Of a DNA stretch of 64,000 bases, positions 12,867-26,601 are shown in pieces. The DNA lies in NCBI RefSeq assembly GCF_023055435.1, contig NW_025964001.1, forward strand, positions 21,018,001-21,082,000. The letters run 5' to 3'. The position numbers and the translations under genes are program-made. The notes under the pieces were generated by a model. The model was not told the origin of the DNA. It did not search any database and saw nothing but the letters and a program-made list of their open reading frames with translations. The number at the start of each line of letters is the position of its first letter. The first letter of the stretch is position 1. This DNA is from Haliotis rufescens. Its lineage: Eukaryota.

Positions 12867-14918
12867 TATATGCTAGTATAGATCGAACTGGCACACAGGT
12901 TAAATGTGCAAGCATCGTTCATCATATAATGTGAATATGTCTTCATAATCATCTTTTCTGCATACACATGTCCTATGTAAATATAAACACAGGGGTAGTC
13001 AATGCCAACAGAAAAGCGTCGGAAACAACCAAAGGCCGCAAATTCAAATGGCTTCCCGTTGGGTACACAATGAATATCTCTCTACAATGTATAGTTAGAA
13101 TATGCTTAGGATATGTCCATAACATCGTACTGTTCATTCATTTTCAGGATGACACGACGTTGATTTTAATTTTCAGATATCTTTAAACTTTGTTAATATA
13201 TGAACTGCTGGACAAAAGAATGTATACACCTGTGTGTGATGCTGGCTCAAAATCAAACAAACATGAAATGATTATTCGATGGTGATATATTTAATACGAG
13301 TATTAGTTGCAGTTGTCTTGGAACTTAATTTGCAATGTTTCGGCGAATGCTTTTGCCTAGTTTGGTGTCAAATCCAATTTTTAGACTTTCTTTTGTCCGT
13401 CAGTTTAAGTAACGCTAGCCTTTTTCCGAGATAAGTGCCTGTATTCACTCGTAGTACGGGTCATGAACGATGTTGGGAATGACTGAAGTTTCAGTTTCAT
13501 CGCTATTTCATTGTTTTTTTATATCACGGACATGCGTTTAGATGTTATATCACATATACTTCATTCCTTGTCATGCCCTATTGGCGAATAATGATTACGT
13601 TTCCAATAATCAAGTTTGAACAGGGCGGACCAGTGATGAATAGTATTAGTATGTCCAACGCCATCAGGGTACGATGATGCGTAATTATTGTTCTGTTACA
13701 TTGTTGTTTGCGCCGTACTCAGCACTATTCCAGCAATATACCAGCACATGCCTTCAGGGAATAGAAGATGTCAATACCGTACAAAGATAAAATGTACAAG
13801 GGTGTAACACCCATAATGCGCCGTGTAATAACATCTATAACTACCATGAATATAAGGATATCTGCACATCACCTGACATCACACACACTGAACACTATAT
13901 TCTTGCCAGCGGAAATACCATATGTGATAACATATATACAACATACCAATACTATCAGTACGGGGACACCTTCACGTTGCCATGTTTCAAGCATGAGCGC
14001 GGTATTGTAACGAGCCAATTAGTTGGTGCACTCTTCGTGTTGACAACCGGCATACACACACGCTTTAATGTCTCCTCACCATATTTGTAAAGCTGACATT
14101 AAGTGTTGACGAAACCACTCACTCAGTACAAAAAATGTCCACCAATTCCTTACCCCAGCACATTGCTATATTTCCTCAAACCACAACTCACTCACCGGAG
14201 GGGATGACAATTTGACAGCCTCTATATACACTACGGATGAAATTATTTCCAATAAACAAAACCGATGTTCCTCGATCTTATTTCAAATAAAACATAGCCA
14301 TGCATATAGATGGGTTTTATTCGAATCAATCTGTATTTCATAGCCAATAGGATAATGTGAGCGTTTACTCCAAAACAAGCACTGAGACTCCTCGAAGATA
14401 GACGAATACTGTTCTTATTACGTGTATGGTTAACCTGTATTTTTTGTTGAACTGTAAATGTACATAAGTATGTGCGATAAATACTCAATATAAGTTTCAC
14501 TTCAAGCACCTATCGAATATATTTTTAATTAACTATTTACATGCATTTTCGCCTGTTAAATATGTTTTGCGTTAAACTATTTCGGTATGCCCTAAAAATG
14601 GTATACAAATAAATGTGACATGGGAAAGAATAAAGTATTTTCTTTACGTAACTCTCTTAAAGTCTAGCGAGTGAAGTAGCAATATTCGCATAAAAAACAA
14701 TCGAATATAAATACATCTCACATATTTGTTCTGTTCATTATACCTTTGTTGAACGCTGGAAAACAGTAATACTTTCTAAACATGAAATACACATTAGCAT
14801 ACATGCCCTCATTAAATGGTGCTGTTTTGATCTAGTTATTTTGTTACTGGTTTAATAGACCTGTACACATATGAAATACTGAATGATATGACATTACATG
14901 TGGATGCTACATTGTATA

Positions 14919-15057
14919 NNNNNNNNNNNNNNNNNNNNNNNNNNNNNNNNNNNNNNNNNNNNNNNNNNNNNNNNNNNNNNNNNNNNNNNNNNNNNNNNNN
15001 NNNNNNNNNNNNNNNNNNNNNNNNNNNNNNNNNNNNNNNNNNNNNNNNNNNNNNNNN
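14919..15057. other. Assembly gap (N run)
   Basis: Run of N. Confidence 0.98.
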
Positions 15058-15799
15058 CTTTTCACTTATTACAAATAAAATGACTTGCAGGTGGAACTCT
15101 CATTTAAGGAAAGAACTAAGAAGAACATAAAATCAAGTCGTGGTTGTTCTTTTCTGTACGGTGCATGTACCGGTGGTGTATGTGTAACATTCGATGAAGG
15201 ATTAGTGGACTCCAGCATGGGATAACGGATAAGTAGAAGGTCACACCTCAGCCTTAACTACATGCATAACGTTTACCTGAACAAACTGCGTTCTAAATGC
15301 ACGGACAGATACAGTCAGGGTTAGTCCGGGATAAGATGGTTTTACATAAACATGTTAAAAAAGACATGTACTCTGTTTAGTATTAAATATTGAGAAAACG
15401 AGTAACAATTTATCTTACCCTCTGGCTTAAATATACAGTTTTATCCATTTCATTGTTGATTGTTGTACCGCGTGAACCTACGATAGTCCTGCGTTATTGA
15501 CTCAGGTGGAATAAGACTACTTTTAACTCAGAGTTCCGCGAATTCTAATTAGCTAGATTCGCGCAGATTTACACCTCTCAGTCTCTGTGATGTGCTGACG
15601 ATTTCGCCCGATTATGCAATGTATTTGCCGTCCCCACTAAATCCAAGACCGTCAGCTCAAGCTGCAGCATACGCCAACAGCTGCACGTGCATATACGATG
15701 CCGAAGAAGGGGGGAATGGGAAGGGCTGCATTTGGGATATACTCGCTGGAATCTGGTTCTTCATATAATGTCGGCGGTATTGTCCATAGATTTGGCTAT

Positions 15800-16012
15800 A
15801 CATATTCGATTGTAACGAATTCAAAGGTTCCTTTGAAATTCTCACTATAACGAGTTCCTATGGGCCTTTGATATTCGGCTACAGCAAACTCCAACGCGAC
15901 TTTGATATTCGGTTATAGCGAAGTCCAGTTGGCCTTTGATATTCGGTTATAGCGAACTCCAAGGGGGCCTCTGGTATTCGGTTCTAACAAATTCCAAGGG
16001 GGCTTTGAAATT
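15800..16012. repeat. Degenerate ~33-35-bp tandem repeat, possibly subterminal repeats of a DNA transposon remnant
   Basis: CTTTGATATTCGGTTATAGCGAA recurs 4-5 times. Confidence 0.7.
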
Positions 16013-16816
16013 GATAACTCCACATTTGAACTAAGCTCGTTGTTAATGACAGAATATACTATTTCTTGTCACTGAATCAAGTCATACATTTCCTTGGCAA
16101 ACGGCATTTTCAATTTTCATTCTGAAATACCTGAGGCTAAATATTTGTCAGTATTTTCTGGGACAAATTATCCTTTGTTTTATTTTTAAATCCCACTCCC
16201 AAAGAATATCAAATGGTCGGTGCCTGAGGCAGTGGAGGACGGCTCGCCTTTAAACATCTAAACATATCTGTTAAACATTCAAAGAAATCCCTGTCAGGGT
16301 ACATTAATTATGTGCACACATAAACAAATAAGCTTGAATGGTATTACTGCTTGTTTTCCCGTGAACCATCTTTGGGAAGCTTAATACAATGTAGTTTATC
16401 TCAAAGTTATAAATAACCTTTCCACCACACTGGCAATAAGATAATAGGCCCCAAGAAGAAGTAGTCAGAAAATAATAATTCAATATTTCAACTTTATTGC
16501 ATCGCAGGATTACAATGAATATAAGAGGCCTTGGTATCAATATATACGTATGTATGTTCTTTGTTTCATTTCCTTCTCTATAGCAAGATGAACATTTGCT
16601 CGATTCTGTTCTCATTGTGTGCTGTATAAGGATCAATGACTGAAATGAAAGGTGCAAATATAGTCTCGATTATCCACAAAAACAGATAAAGGGCAAAAAA
16701 GCGATGAACATTATATGAATGGATCACTGAAAAGGTGGGGTGAAGTGAAATGGAGCTTAACGTCGCGTCCAAGATGATTGCACTTATATATCACGTGCAT
16801 ACACGTGCGCATGCGT

Positions 16817-17067
16817 ATGTGTGGCTGCTTGTACTAGTCCGAACAAATGCCGATTTTATAGTGCTAGCCTACTGAGATAACATGCCGCTGTGTAACATGA
16901 ATACCACACTCAGACACAGTATACTGACTCCGATCCGACTAGTCCGTGTTTAAGCCCCTTAATGCCGAGCGTCAAGCCAGGTAACAACAAGTACCATCTT
17001 TTAACGTCTTTTGGTATGACGCGGCCGGGGATCTGGGCGGACGCGCTACCACTAGACCACGGAGGCG
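16817..17067 (-). mobile_element. tRNA-derived Meta/MESC-domain SINE (family B)
   Basis: Reverse complement has A-box TGGTCTAGTGG, then GTCATACCAAAAGACGTTAAAAGATGGTACTTGTTG...CTCGGCATTAAGGGG (Meta-like central domain) and a CA-rich tail. Confidence 0.85.
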
Positions 17068-17509
17068 ATCGGAGTACTGAAAAAGCTATTTACAAAGTTT
17101 TGATGTCTCTCTGAAAACATTTTTCTCAAAGGTGAGCCGGGAAGTAGGACCTTTTATTGTTTTTTTTATTGAGAAAAGAATGTTGAGGGAGGAACACTTT
17201 TTATATTTTCCCCAAAAAAATACCAACATACACAACTGGGAACTATTGAACTCTTTAATACAATGTCAGTTGTCAGTCATAGATAACAGTCTCTGCTTCA
17301 TATGATGGGGAACATTAAGAATGTTTTTCATTGGCAATACAAAGTGAATGACGCTCAGGATTTAAAGGGACACGTCGATTCCCGAGAAACCTTTCCTTTT
17401 TACAGCCTAAACAAGGTGCGTCCATATACATGTAGGTGTGACCACCATGTTAAAATTGTTTATATTTAGCTATTTTGAAGACTAAATATAGCATGGCCTA
17501 GCGATGAAT

Positions 17510-17635
17510 GGCTTTTCGCCGTTTCGCGACTTGGGATTCGAAAAATGGGCTTGACATTCTACCCGTATTGGGCGATCGAACCCAGGTTTTTGCTGTAACG
17601 AACCAGCACTTTAACCACAAGGCTACCCACCGGGC
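17510..17635 (-). mobile_element. Degenerate family A SINE
   Basis: AAATGGGCTT...ATCGAACCC...CTTTAACCACAAGGCTACCCACC. Confidence 0.75.
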
Positions 17636-17794
17636 CTAGGGCTGTCACTTGAGTGCCTGCTCAAGAGTGCCGCCAAAGAACAATGAGGTAATGTATCATA
17701 AGTTCTGCCCGGTCAAACCTTCCCTTTAACCATAGTGTTGGCAGTGGCAGTCAAGCATTTTCTTACAACCATCAAATAAACGTATCGTACTGCA

Positions 17795-17916
17795 TATCGT
17801 ATGAATACTCTGTGACACTGATTATCGTATGAATATTCTGTGACAGTGTTTACTTTATGAAAAATTCTGTGACATTTCTTACTGCATGAATACTCTGTGA
17901 CATTGCTTATTGTGAC
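17795..17916. repeat. ~28-bp degenerate minisatellite, ~4 copies
   Basis: ATGAATACTCTGTGACA recurs. Confidence 0.75.
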
Positions 17917-18519
17917 AACGAAAATGCTCGCTGCTGTATATGTACATGTAAACTGGGAAAATAAATAAAATAATTAAATCAGACGGTTACCTTTTCAGAA
18001 AATCGGTATTTTCATTCTTCTGCTTCCTTAATGATGCTTTCCCCGTGATGGTATCCGTTAGCGACTCGCGAATATACACGTGTGTATAAACCGTTCTTTA
18101 TGAGCTGCATGTACATTGACATCAAAATTTGAATCGGACTTAAAATGCCCTCGGCTTGTATATTACTGAGCATCAATAAACCTTGTAAATGTGATCGCTG
18201 TGCCGACATGCGTCTCTGTGTGTCGCAGGTCGGTGTGGTGGGGACGATGTTGAACGAAACACAGCTTCAGACGCAACATTTCCATATTGCATAGCGTTAG
18301 TGTACAAACGTCAGAGGAACTTGGGTATTAAACAAATATTAATCCATCAATTTAGAAAGCTATGTTACGTCTCTACACACACATACATACGTGTGAGCAC
18401 ACATACACCACCGACGCATGCACACACACACACTAGTTCCATTTTCTCCACATAAAATCACTGGGATAGATATTTCTCTGATAAATACTGTTATGGGTCA
18501 ATGAATCAATGAATAGATG

Positions 18520-19036
18520 NNNNNNNNNNNNNNNNNNNNNNNNNNNNNNNNNNNNNNNNNNNNNNNNNNNNNNNNNNNNNNNNNNNNNNNNNNNNNNNNN
18601 NNNNNNNNNNNNNNNNNNNNNNNNNNNNNNNNNNNNNNNNNNNNNNNNNNNNNNNNNNNNNNNNNNNNNNNNNNNNNNNNNNNNNNNNNNNNNNNNNNNN
18701 NNNNNNNNNNNNNNNNNNNNNNNNNNNNNNNNNNNNNNNNNNNNNNNNNNNNNNNNNNNNNNNNNNNNNNNNNNNNNNNNNNNNNNNNNNNNNNNNNNNN
18801 NNNNNNNNNNNNNNNNNNNNNNNNNNNNNNNNNNNNNNNNNNNNNNNNNNNNNNNNNNNNNNNNNNNNNNNNNNNNNNNNNNNNNNNNNNNNNNNNNNNN
18901 NNNNNNNNNNNNNNNNNNNNNNNNNNNNNNNNNNNNNNNNNNNNNNNNNNNNNNNNNNNNNNNNNNNNNNNNNNNNNNNNNNNNNNNNNNNNNNNNNNNN
19001 NNNNNNNNNNNNNNNNNNNNNNNNNNNNNNNNNNNN
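18520..19036. other. Assembly gap (N run)
   Basis: Run of N abutting a SINE head. Confidence 0.98.
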
Positions 19037-19286
19037 CCGCCTCCGTGGTCTAGTGGTAGAGCGTCCGCCCGGAGAGCGGAAGGTCCGGGGTTCGATCCTC
19101 GGCCGCGTCATACCAAAAGACTTGTTGTTACCCTGTCTGGTGCTCGGCATTAAGGGGCTAAAACAAGGACTGGTCGGCTCGGAGTCAGTATACTGTGTCT
19201 GAGTGGGGTGTTCATGTTAAACTGCGGCATGGTATCTCAGTGTGCTAGCACTATAAATCGGCATCAGTCCGAACTAGTACAAGCAG

Positions 19287-19340
<54 letters not shown>
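19037..19340 (+). mobile_element. tRNA-derived Meta/MESC-domain SINE (family B) with (CA)n tail
   Basis: A-box TGGTCTAGTGG, B-box GGTTCGATCC, Meta-like domain with a short deletion, and ~26 CA units at 19289-19340. Confidence 0.9.
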
Positions 19341-19342
<2 letters not shown>

Positions 19343-19879
19343 AATGATAGATATGTCATGCTCAAACCATCGACGGAGTGCCTTGGGGAAACGTTATAGG
19401 GTGGTTATCGCATGTCACTTTGAATACAAACCTTTGATCGCTGTGAAAAGTCATATAATATTTAATTCAGCCTAGCCTATATACAATTGTGCTTTTGGGT
19501 CACTGGGTTGCATTGAAAAGTGTGTAAATGTGATACATACAAAAAGTAGCATCACGTTACCAGTTGACAATGTTTATTATGAGCATTATACAGCAACCGA
19601 GATGCTCCTTTCATAAAATCGGTATTTGCAGTTGATAACAATCTTTTTAATGTAACCATAATAACAACTTTACGGAAATGATCTGAAAGATATAACTACG
19701 TCAGTTCGTTTTTGGTAGAACAAAGAAACACTAAATGAGTTTTATTTTTCTATTCTATTTTCACTAATTTGGCGTAATCTTAGGGCAGTATCAATTGCCA
19801 ATCTACCTTCATTCTACTTCATTATACATAAGCTAAAAAGACCAGGCCTGGGTCGAATGAATACGTTGCGAGGTGGTCC

Positions 19880-22785
19880 ATGTAACGTTGAACACACAGC
19901 ATTGAAGGACTGGTCACGTGTAACGTTGAACACAACATTGAAGGACTGGTCACGTGTAACGTTGAACACAACATTGATGAACTGGTCACGTGTAATGATG
20001 GACACACAACATTGAAGGACTGGTCACGTGTAACGTTGAACACAACATTGAAGGACTGGTCACGTGTAACGTTGAACACACAACATTGATGAACTGGTCA
20101 CATGTAATGATGGACACACAACATTGAAGGACTGGTCACGTGTAATGATGGACACACAACATTGAAGGACTAGTCACGTGTAATGATGGACACACAACAT
20201 TGAAGGACTGGTCACGTGTAATGATGGACACACAACATTGAAGGACTAGTCACGTGTAATGATGGATACACAAGATTGAAGGACTTGTCACGTGTAATGA
20301 TGGATACACAACATTGAAGGAACTGGTCACGTGTAATGATGGATACACAACATTGAAGGACTAGTCACGTGTAATGATGGATACACAAGATTGAAGGACT
20401 GGTCACGTGTAATGATGGACACACTACATTGAAGGACTGGTCACGTGTAATGATGGACACACAACATTGAAGGACTCGTCACGTGTAATGATGGATACAC
20501 AACATTGAAGGACTGGTCACGTGTAATGATGGACACACAACATTGAAGGACTAGTCACGTGTAATGATGGATACACAAGATTGAAGGACTTGTCACGTGT
20601 AATGATGGACACACAACATTAAAGGACTTGTCACGTGTAATGATGGATACACAACATTGAAGGACTGGTCACGTGTTATGATGGACACACAACATTGAAG
20701 GACTAGTCACGTGTAATGATGGAACTGGTCACGTGTAATGATGGATACAAAAGATTGAAGGAACCGGTCACGTGTAATGAAGGATTAACAATATGAAGGA
20801 CTAGTCACGTGTAAGGATGGATGCACAACATTGAAGGACTGGTCACGTGTAATGATGGACACACAACATTGAAGGATTAGTCACGTGTAATGATGGACAC
20901 ACAACATTGAAGGACTGGTCACGTGTAATGATGGACACACAACATTGAAGGACTTGTCACGTGTAATGATGGATACACAAGATTGAAGGACTGGTCACGT
21001 GTAATGATTGACACACAACATTGAAGGACTTGTCACGTGTAATGATGGATACACAGCATTGAAGGACTGGTCACGTGTAACGTTGAACACAACATTGAAG
21101 GACTGGTCACGTGTAACGTTGAACACAACATTGATGAACTGGTCACGTGTAATGATGGACACACAACATTGAAGGACTGGTCACGTGTAACGTTGAACAC
21201 AACATTGAAGGACTGGTCACGTGTAACGTTGAACACACAACATTGATGAACTGGTCACATGTAATGATGGACACACAACATTGAAGGACTGGTCACATGT
21301 AATGATGGACACACAACATTGAAGGACTAGTCACGTGTAATGATGGACACACAACATTGAAGGACTGGTCACGTGTAATGATGGACACACAACATTGAAG
21401 GACTAGTCACGTGTAATGATGGATACACAAGATTGAAGGACTTGTCACGTGTAATGATGGATACACAACATTGAAGGAACTGGTCACGTGTAATGATGGA
21501 TACACAACATTGAAGGACTAGTCACGTGTAATGATGGATACACAAGATTGAAGGACTGGTCACGTGTAATGATGGATACACAACATTGAAGGACTGGTCA
21601 CGTGTAATGATGGATACACAACATTGAAGGACTAGTCACGTGTAATGATGGAACTGGTCACGTGTAATGATGGATACAAAACATTGAAGGAACCGGTCAC
21701 GTGTAATGAAGGATTAACAACATTGAAGGACTAGTCACGTGCAATGATGGATACACAACATTGAAGGATTGGTCACGTGTAATGATGGATACACAACATT
21801 GAAGGACTTGTCACGTGTAATGATGGATACACAACATTGAAGGACTGGTCACGTGTAATGATGGACACACAACATTGAAGGACTGGTCACGTGTAATGAT
21901 GGACACACAACATTGAAGGAACTGGTCACGTTTAATGATGGATACACAACATTGAAGGACTGGTCACGTGTAATGATGGATACACAACATTGAAGGACTG
22001 GTCACGTGTAATGATGGACACACAACATTGAAGGACTGGTCACGTGTAATGATGGACACACAACATTGATGAACTGGTCACGTGTAATGATGGATACACA
22101 ACATTGAAGGAACTGGTCACGTGTAATGATGGATACACAAGATTGAAGGAACTGGTCACGTGTAACGATGGACACACAACATTGAAGGACTGGTCACGTG
22201 TAATGATGGACACACAACATTGAAGGACTCGTCACGTGTAATGATGGACACACAACATTGAAGGAACTGGTCACGTGTAATGATGGATACACAACATTGA
22301 AGGACTGGTCACGTGTAATGATGGATACACAACATTGAAGGACTGGTCACGTGTAATGATGGACACACAACATTGATGAACTGGTCACGTGTAATGATGG
22401 ATACACAGCATTGAAGGAACTGGTCACGTGTAATGATGGATACACAAGATTGAAGGAACTGGTCACGTGTAACGATGGACACACAACATTGAAGGACTGG
22501 TCACGTGTAATGATGGACACACAACATTGAGGACTGGTCACGTGTAATGATGGACACACAACATTGAAGGAACTGGTCACGTGTAATGATGGATACACAA
22601 CATTGAAGGACTGGTCACGTGTAATGATGGACACACAACATTGATGAACTGGTCACGTGTAATGATGGATACACAACATTGAAGGAACTGGTCACGTGTA
22701 ATGATGGATACACAACATTGAAGGACTGGTCACGTGTAATGATGGACACACAACATTGAAGGAATTGTCACGTGTAATGGGGGAT
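19880..22785. repeat. 38-bp satellite array, ~76 copies
   Basis: Unit ACACAACATTGAAGGACTGGTCACGTGTAATGATGGA(C/T); period 38. Confidence 0.98.
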
Positions 22786-25700
22786 ACAAAATACAACAAA
22801 GGGACACCTTTCAACCGTGTACGTCATGTAAATACAAAATTGCATTATAGTTTTACGATTCATTTGAAATGAATGTTATTAATTGGATTAAGATATAATT
22901 TCAGATGATTAGCATCTTGTCATTTCTTTCGTTTAATAACTGTCTATCGTAATTTATGTATGAACGATTTGTTATCTCGTAGTTCTTGCTTGTCCTTTTC
23001 GGACCAAAAAGGCAGGTGCTGAAGTACTAATTTCAGTTTTAATTGACTAGGAGCTAGGTGGCAAATCTAATGAAGAATCGAACAGGCCCCTGGTAAGCAA
23101 ACGAAGTTGGTAGAAAAAGTCCGGCCGTTAACTTTGAAGTTAGGAATGGGATTGGAGCGGCCTAGGGGCCGGTATTGACACGCACCTTACACCACACGTG
23201 AACAAAGCGAGAAAATAAGCTGGGCAATTTTCTACCGTGTGCCTTCGCATTCCAAAGTAGTCCATCTAATCAGGGCTTTTAATCCGTGTATCAGCATCAG
23301 AAATGATGCAAAACTGTGTAGATACAATCTAGGAGCCGTGTGCAAATTCTGGGAGAGATTTTTGGGAATTAAACTGAGATGTGTGGTATGTGTCCGCGAC
23401 TTGTTAAATTGTTTTAGAAATTTACTAACACGTCCATTTGATTTCGATTTTCTTTGAAATGAAAACTGTCTGAGACGGCTGGCGTTGAATGCCAATGCGC
23501 GGCAGTACCTGTCGGAGCGGGCCGCCACCTCGAGATCTGTCACAGGTGGAAACGACCGGAACACACCTACAACACAAGAATACGTCGCAAAACAAACGAA
23601 ACAATTAGTCGCTAGAAGGACTCGCAGTTAAGTAGGATGAGAAACAACTACCTAATGGTGTAGTGGCATTAATTCCTTCGGTAGTAAACTTCCTCAGCTG
23701 TCCCTAAAAGCATGAGTAATTCTTTCGAGATTGACAGGTTCAAGTCATTCCAACCGTGTACTGTCTACAATTACGGTTTAACACTGAAAATGTGTAATAT
23801 TCTCTACTGGTACTTTTCCAACAGGCACAGATTTATGTCTTTATTATCCATTTGCACATAATGGTCAAGGATATAAATTAAGAATAACCTGACACATTGG
23901 ATCTGGAGGCAATTTAACACCAAGCAAAAGATATAGCTGTATTACTGCCTCAAACACTCGCATAAGACGTCATAATGGAACGCACAAGAAAGGATAACAA
24001 AAATGTTATGATGATCTATTGCCTGGCTTTGGCTAAACAATGTAACATAATTTCAAATGAAATGTGAGTTTTATTGCCCAAGGCATATAGAAACTTATTC
24101 GAATTATTAAAAGGTTATAAATATATTGTAACAAATGTATTTGCTGTGTGTGCATGTGTGTGTGTACGTATGTGTGCGTGCGTGTGCGTGTGTGTGTGAC
24201 AAGCATTATATTGCTACATTACTACGCAAACAGGTATCACATTTCTACACAACTAGCAAATAATTTTATATATCGTTTTATGACCTCTCAGTTTTGAATA
24301 ATATGACTAGTAAAGTCGCTCTACAGTCATAGTAATTATGTGGTATACATTAGCGTTATATAGTCGGATTATAAAAATTTACAATGAAGCGTTGACGGTA
24401 GCCGTGGTATTTATGTGTGTTAATTAACATAAATGTTGATACTTTCCAACAACGCAAAAGGGACTGGAGTGAATATACAATTTGATCAACAAAATATGAT
24501 TGTGGGATAAATATGAAATAGGGTAAACTTAATCGCAGTGTTGGCGAGGATGAAAGCGGAATATTAAAATACATTTGTTACCCAGATACTACAATGTTAT
24601 CAAATTTCTGCTGCAATGTTTAGAATTCAGAGAAAGACATGGTCGAGGCGAAAAAATAGACATTACCAGGCAGACAATACATGTTGATTGAAAATCATAT
24701 CTTGGTAAAGGGGTGTTTCTGTACACAGTGATATACGATGTATAAGCAACGAGGTCAGAAAATTATATGTTTTGTGCTATAAAGCGTTTTCGACCATATC
24801 GTGAAGTATATGTTAAAGCCTTAAGAAATCGATAGCTCCTGATAAGCTCCATGTTAGATAGTGCCATGTGTATTCAGGTCACCCATTTATGCAACTTAAT
24901 TACTTACTGAAGACCGAATGTCTTTGTAGCGTTGGAAATCGAAGGCATGTTCTGATGGCCTTTTGAAATTGCAAGCGTGTCGTATCGTGTAATAATAACT
25001 AACCTTCGAACACAAGAGGCACACCATACTCATCTGCCGATAAAACTATACGACTAAGAAATTTAAGATGCCGTTAAGGTCTCTATGGAGCCTGCGTCAC
25101 AGACAGACATTTCACTCGCCGAAGGTTGGTATATAATGATGTTTAAGGGCGTGCAATATAAGATGTTATAGCACCCTGGTTGCACTGTATGATGAACGCA
25201 TGTTCAGGGCATGCATTTGCATAAAAAGTAAGTGTTTATTGCCTAACCCAGCACAGCGGTACTCCAGTATTAAACCAAGTGGCGTGCAGGAGGAAAGTCA
25301 CATTTATTTACATCGAGATTTTCAAATGTCCACAAAGAGTGCATTGGGCATCGCTGCGCCCCTGAAGACTATTTCAATAAATGTATACGTGATGAAAAAC
25401 ACTGTGTCTACGGACCATATTTTGTTGATTATGTGGAAGGGCCTTATTCACTAGATAACGGCCTAGAAATTGCAGTGTATACTGAAATGTATGCAGAAAA
25501 ATGATGTGGTGCCATGACACATGTAGTTTCAGGTTTAGCGTTTGAGTGGGTGTGTGTAGTGTTGCCATTTCTACAACTCAGCGCATATTTACAAAAATAT
25601 ATGTTAGTAGGGACATTATCACTTTGGTTAAAAGAGGTTACAGGAAAAATGTCACATAACACCGCTTATGATCCCCAGGGCTATGTAAGCAGTTTTCCGG

Positions 25701-26260
25701 GAAACAAATTCAAGTGGTTTAGAGTCCGCATGTCAACTAAAACTAAAACAGGACACAGACCATTTTTGGTATTAAAAAAAACTAAAGCTAAAAATTGAGT
25801 TGACACAAGACATGTTGTTTGGCCACAATTAAATTTATGCTATTGGATAGGTCTGCCAAATGTATGGATGAGTAACTGAACCATATTTTAACTCAGTGCA
25901 GGGCTGCAGTTTTAAAGTTCTTCAGTATGTAATAAATTCTGAATTTAAGAAGCGATCCATTGGTCAGTTTATTGCCGCGGAAACAAGTTTGCATGTGTAG
26001 TTTAAGGACAGTTCTTTGTCCATATATCAAAGTAGTTGTGGGTACTATGTACTGATTAATAAGAAGATATGATTTTGAACCAAGTCGGGCGTTTTGAATT
26101 GCGGTCCATGCTTTAGGTCTACTTTAGACATTTGAGTGACACACAAGGCTAAATTGTTGGGTCACAATCTATAGAACGTTTTTTCTTGTGTTAGTTTACA
26201 ATGATCAACGTTCAATTCGGTGACGGAAATACACACACATGTGTCCCACTAAGATGTGAT

Positions 26261-26583
26261 AACCTGTGAAGATCCGGGTTAGAATTGATCTTCAGCAACC
26301 CATGCTTGTCGTTAGAGGCAACTAACGGGATCGGATGGCCAGGTTCGCTGACTAGGTTGACGCAGTCCTCGTGTCCCATTTGGGTAGATCGGTGTCTACC
26401 CAATGTGCCTACAGTAAAATCATGAAATGATCGGGTCTGATGCTCAGATAGAGATGCACGACTGAAGATGACTATTACCTGTTTCACCTGTGATGGGAGA
26501 TAAACTTGTCCACACTGAGACAACGAAAACAATGAAGGTATAATACTGTAATATTGCTGAATGCGGCTTTAAACAACAAACAA
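26261..26583 (+). mobile_element. Family C retroposon, degenerate, with unrelated middle part
   Basis: Head CCTGTGAAGATCCGGGTTAGAATTGATCTTCAGCAACCCATGCTTGTCG...; tail AATATTGCTGAATGCGGCTTTAAACAACAAAC. Confidence 0.8.
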
Positions 26584-26601
26584 AAGAAAGATGTGATAAT
26601 G

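Noticed and set aside
12859-12890. miR-10/miR-100-like sequence (AACCCTGTA...)
   Set aside because: The match is limited to ~8 nt, coincides with a MITE TIR, and there is no precursor hairpin.
13330-13362. Second hammerhead (minus strand GGC...GCC-GAAAC-ATT)
   Set aside because: No CUGANGA-like box upstream of the stem.
18506-19153. Long ORFs spanning N runs (also 9153-9457, 14888-15130, 47386-47720)
   Set aside because: They are open only because N codons contain no stops.
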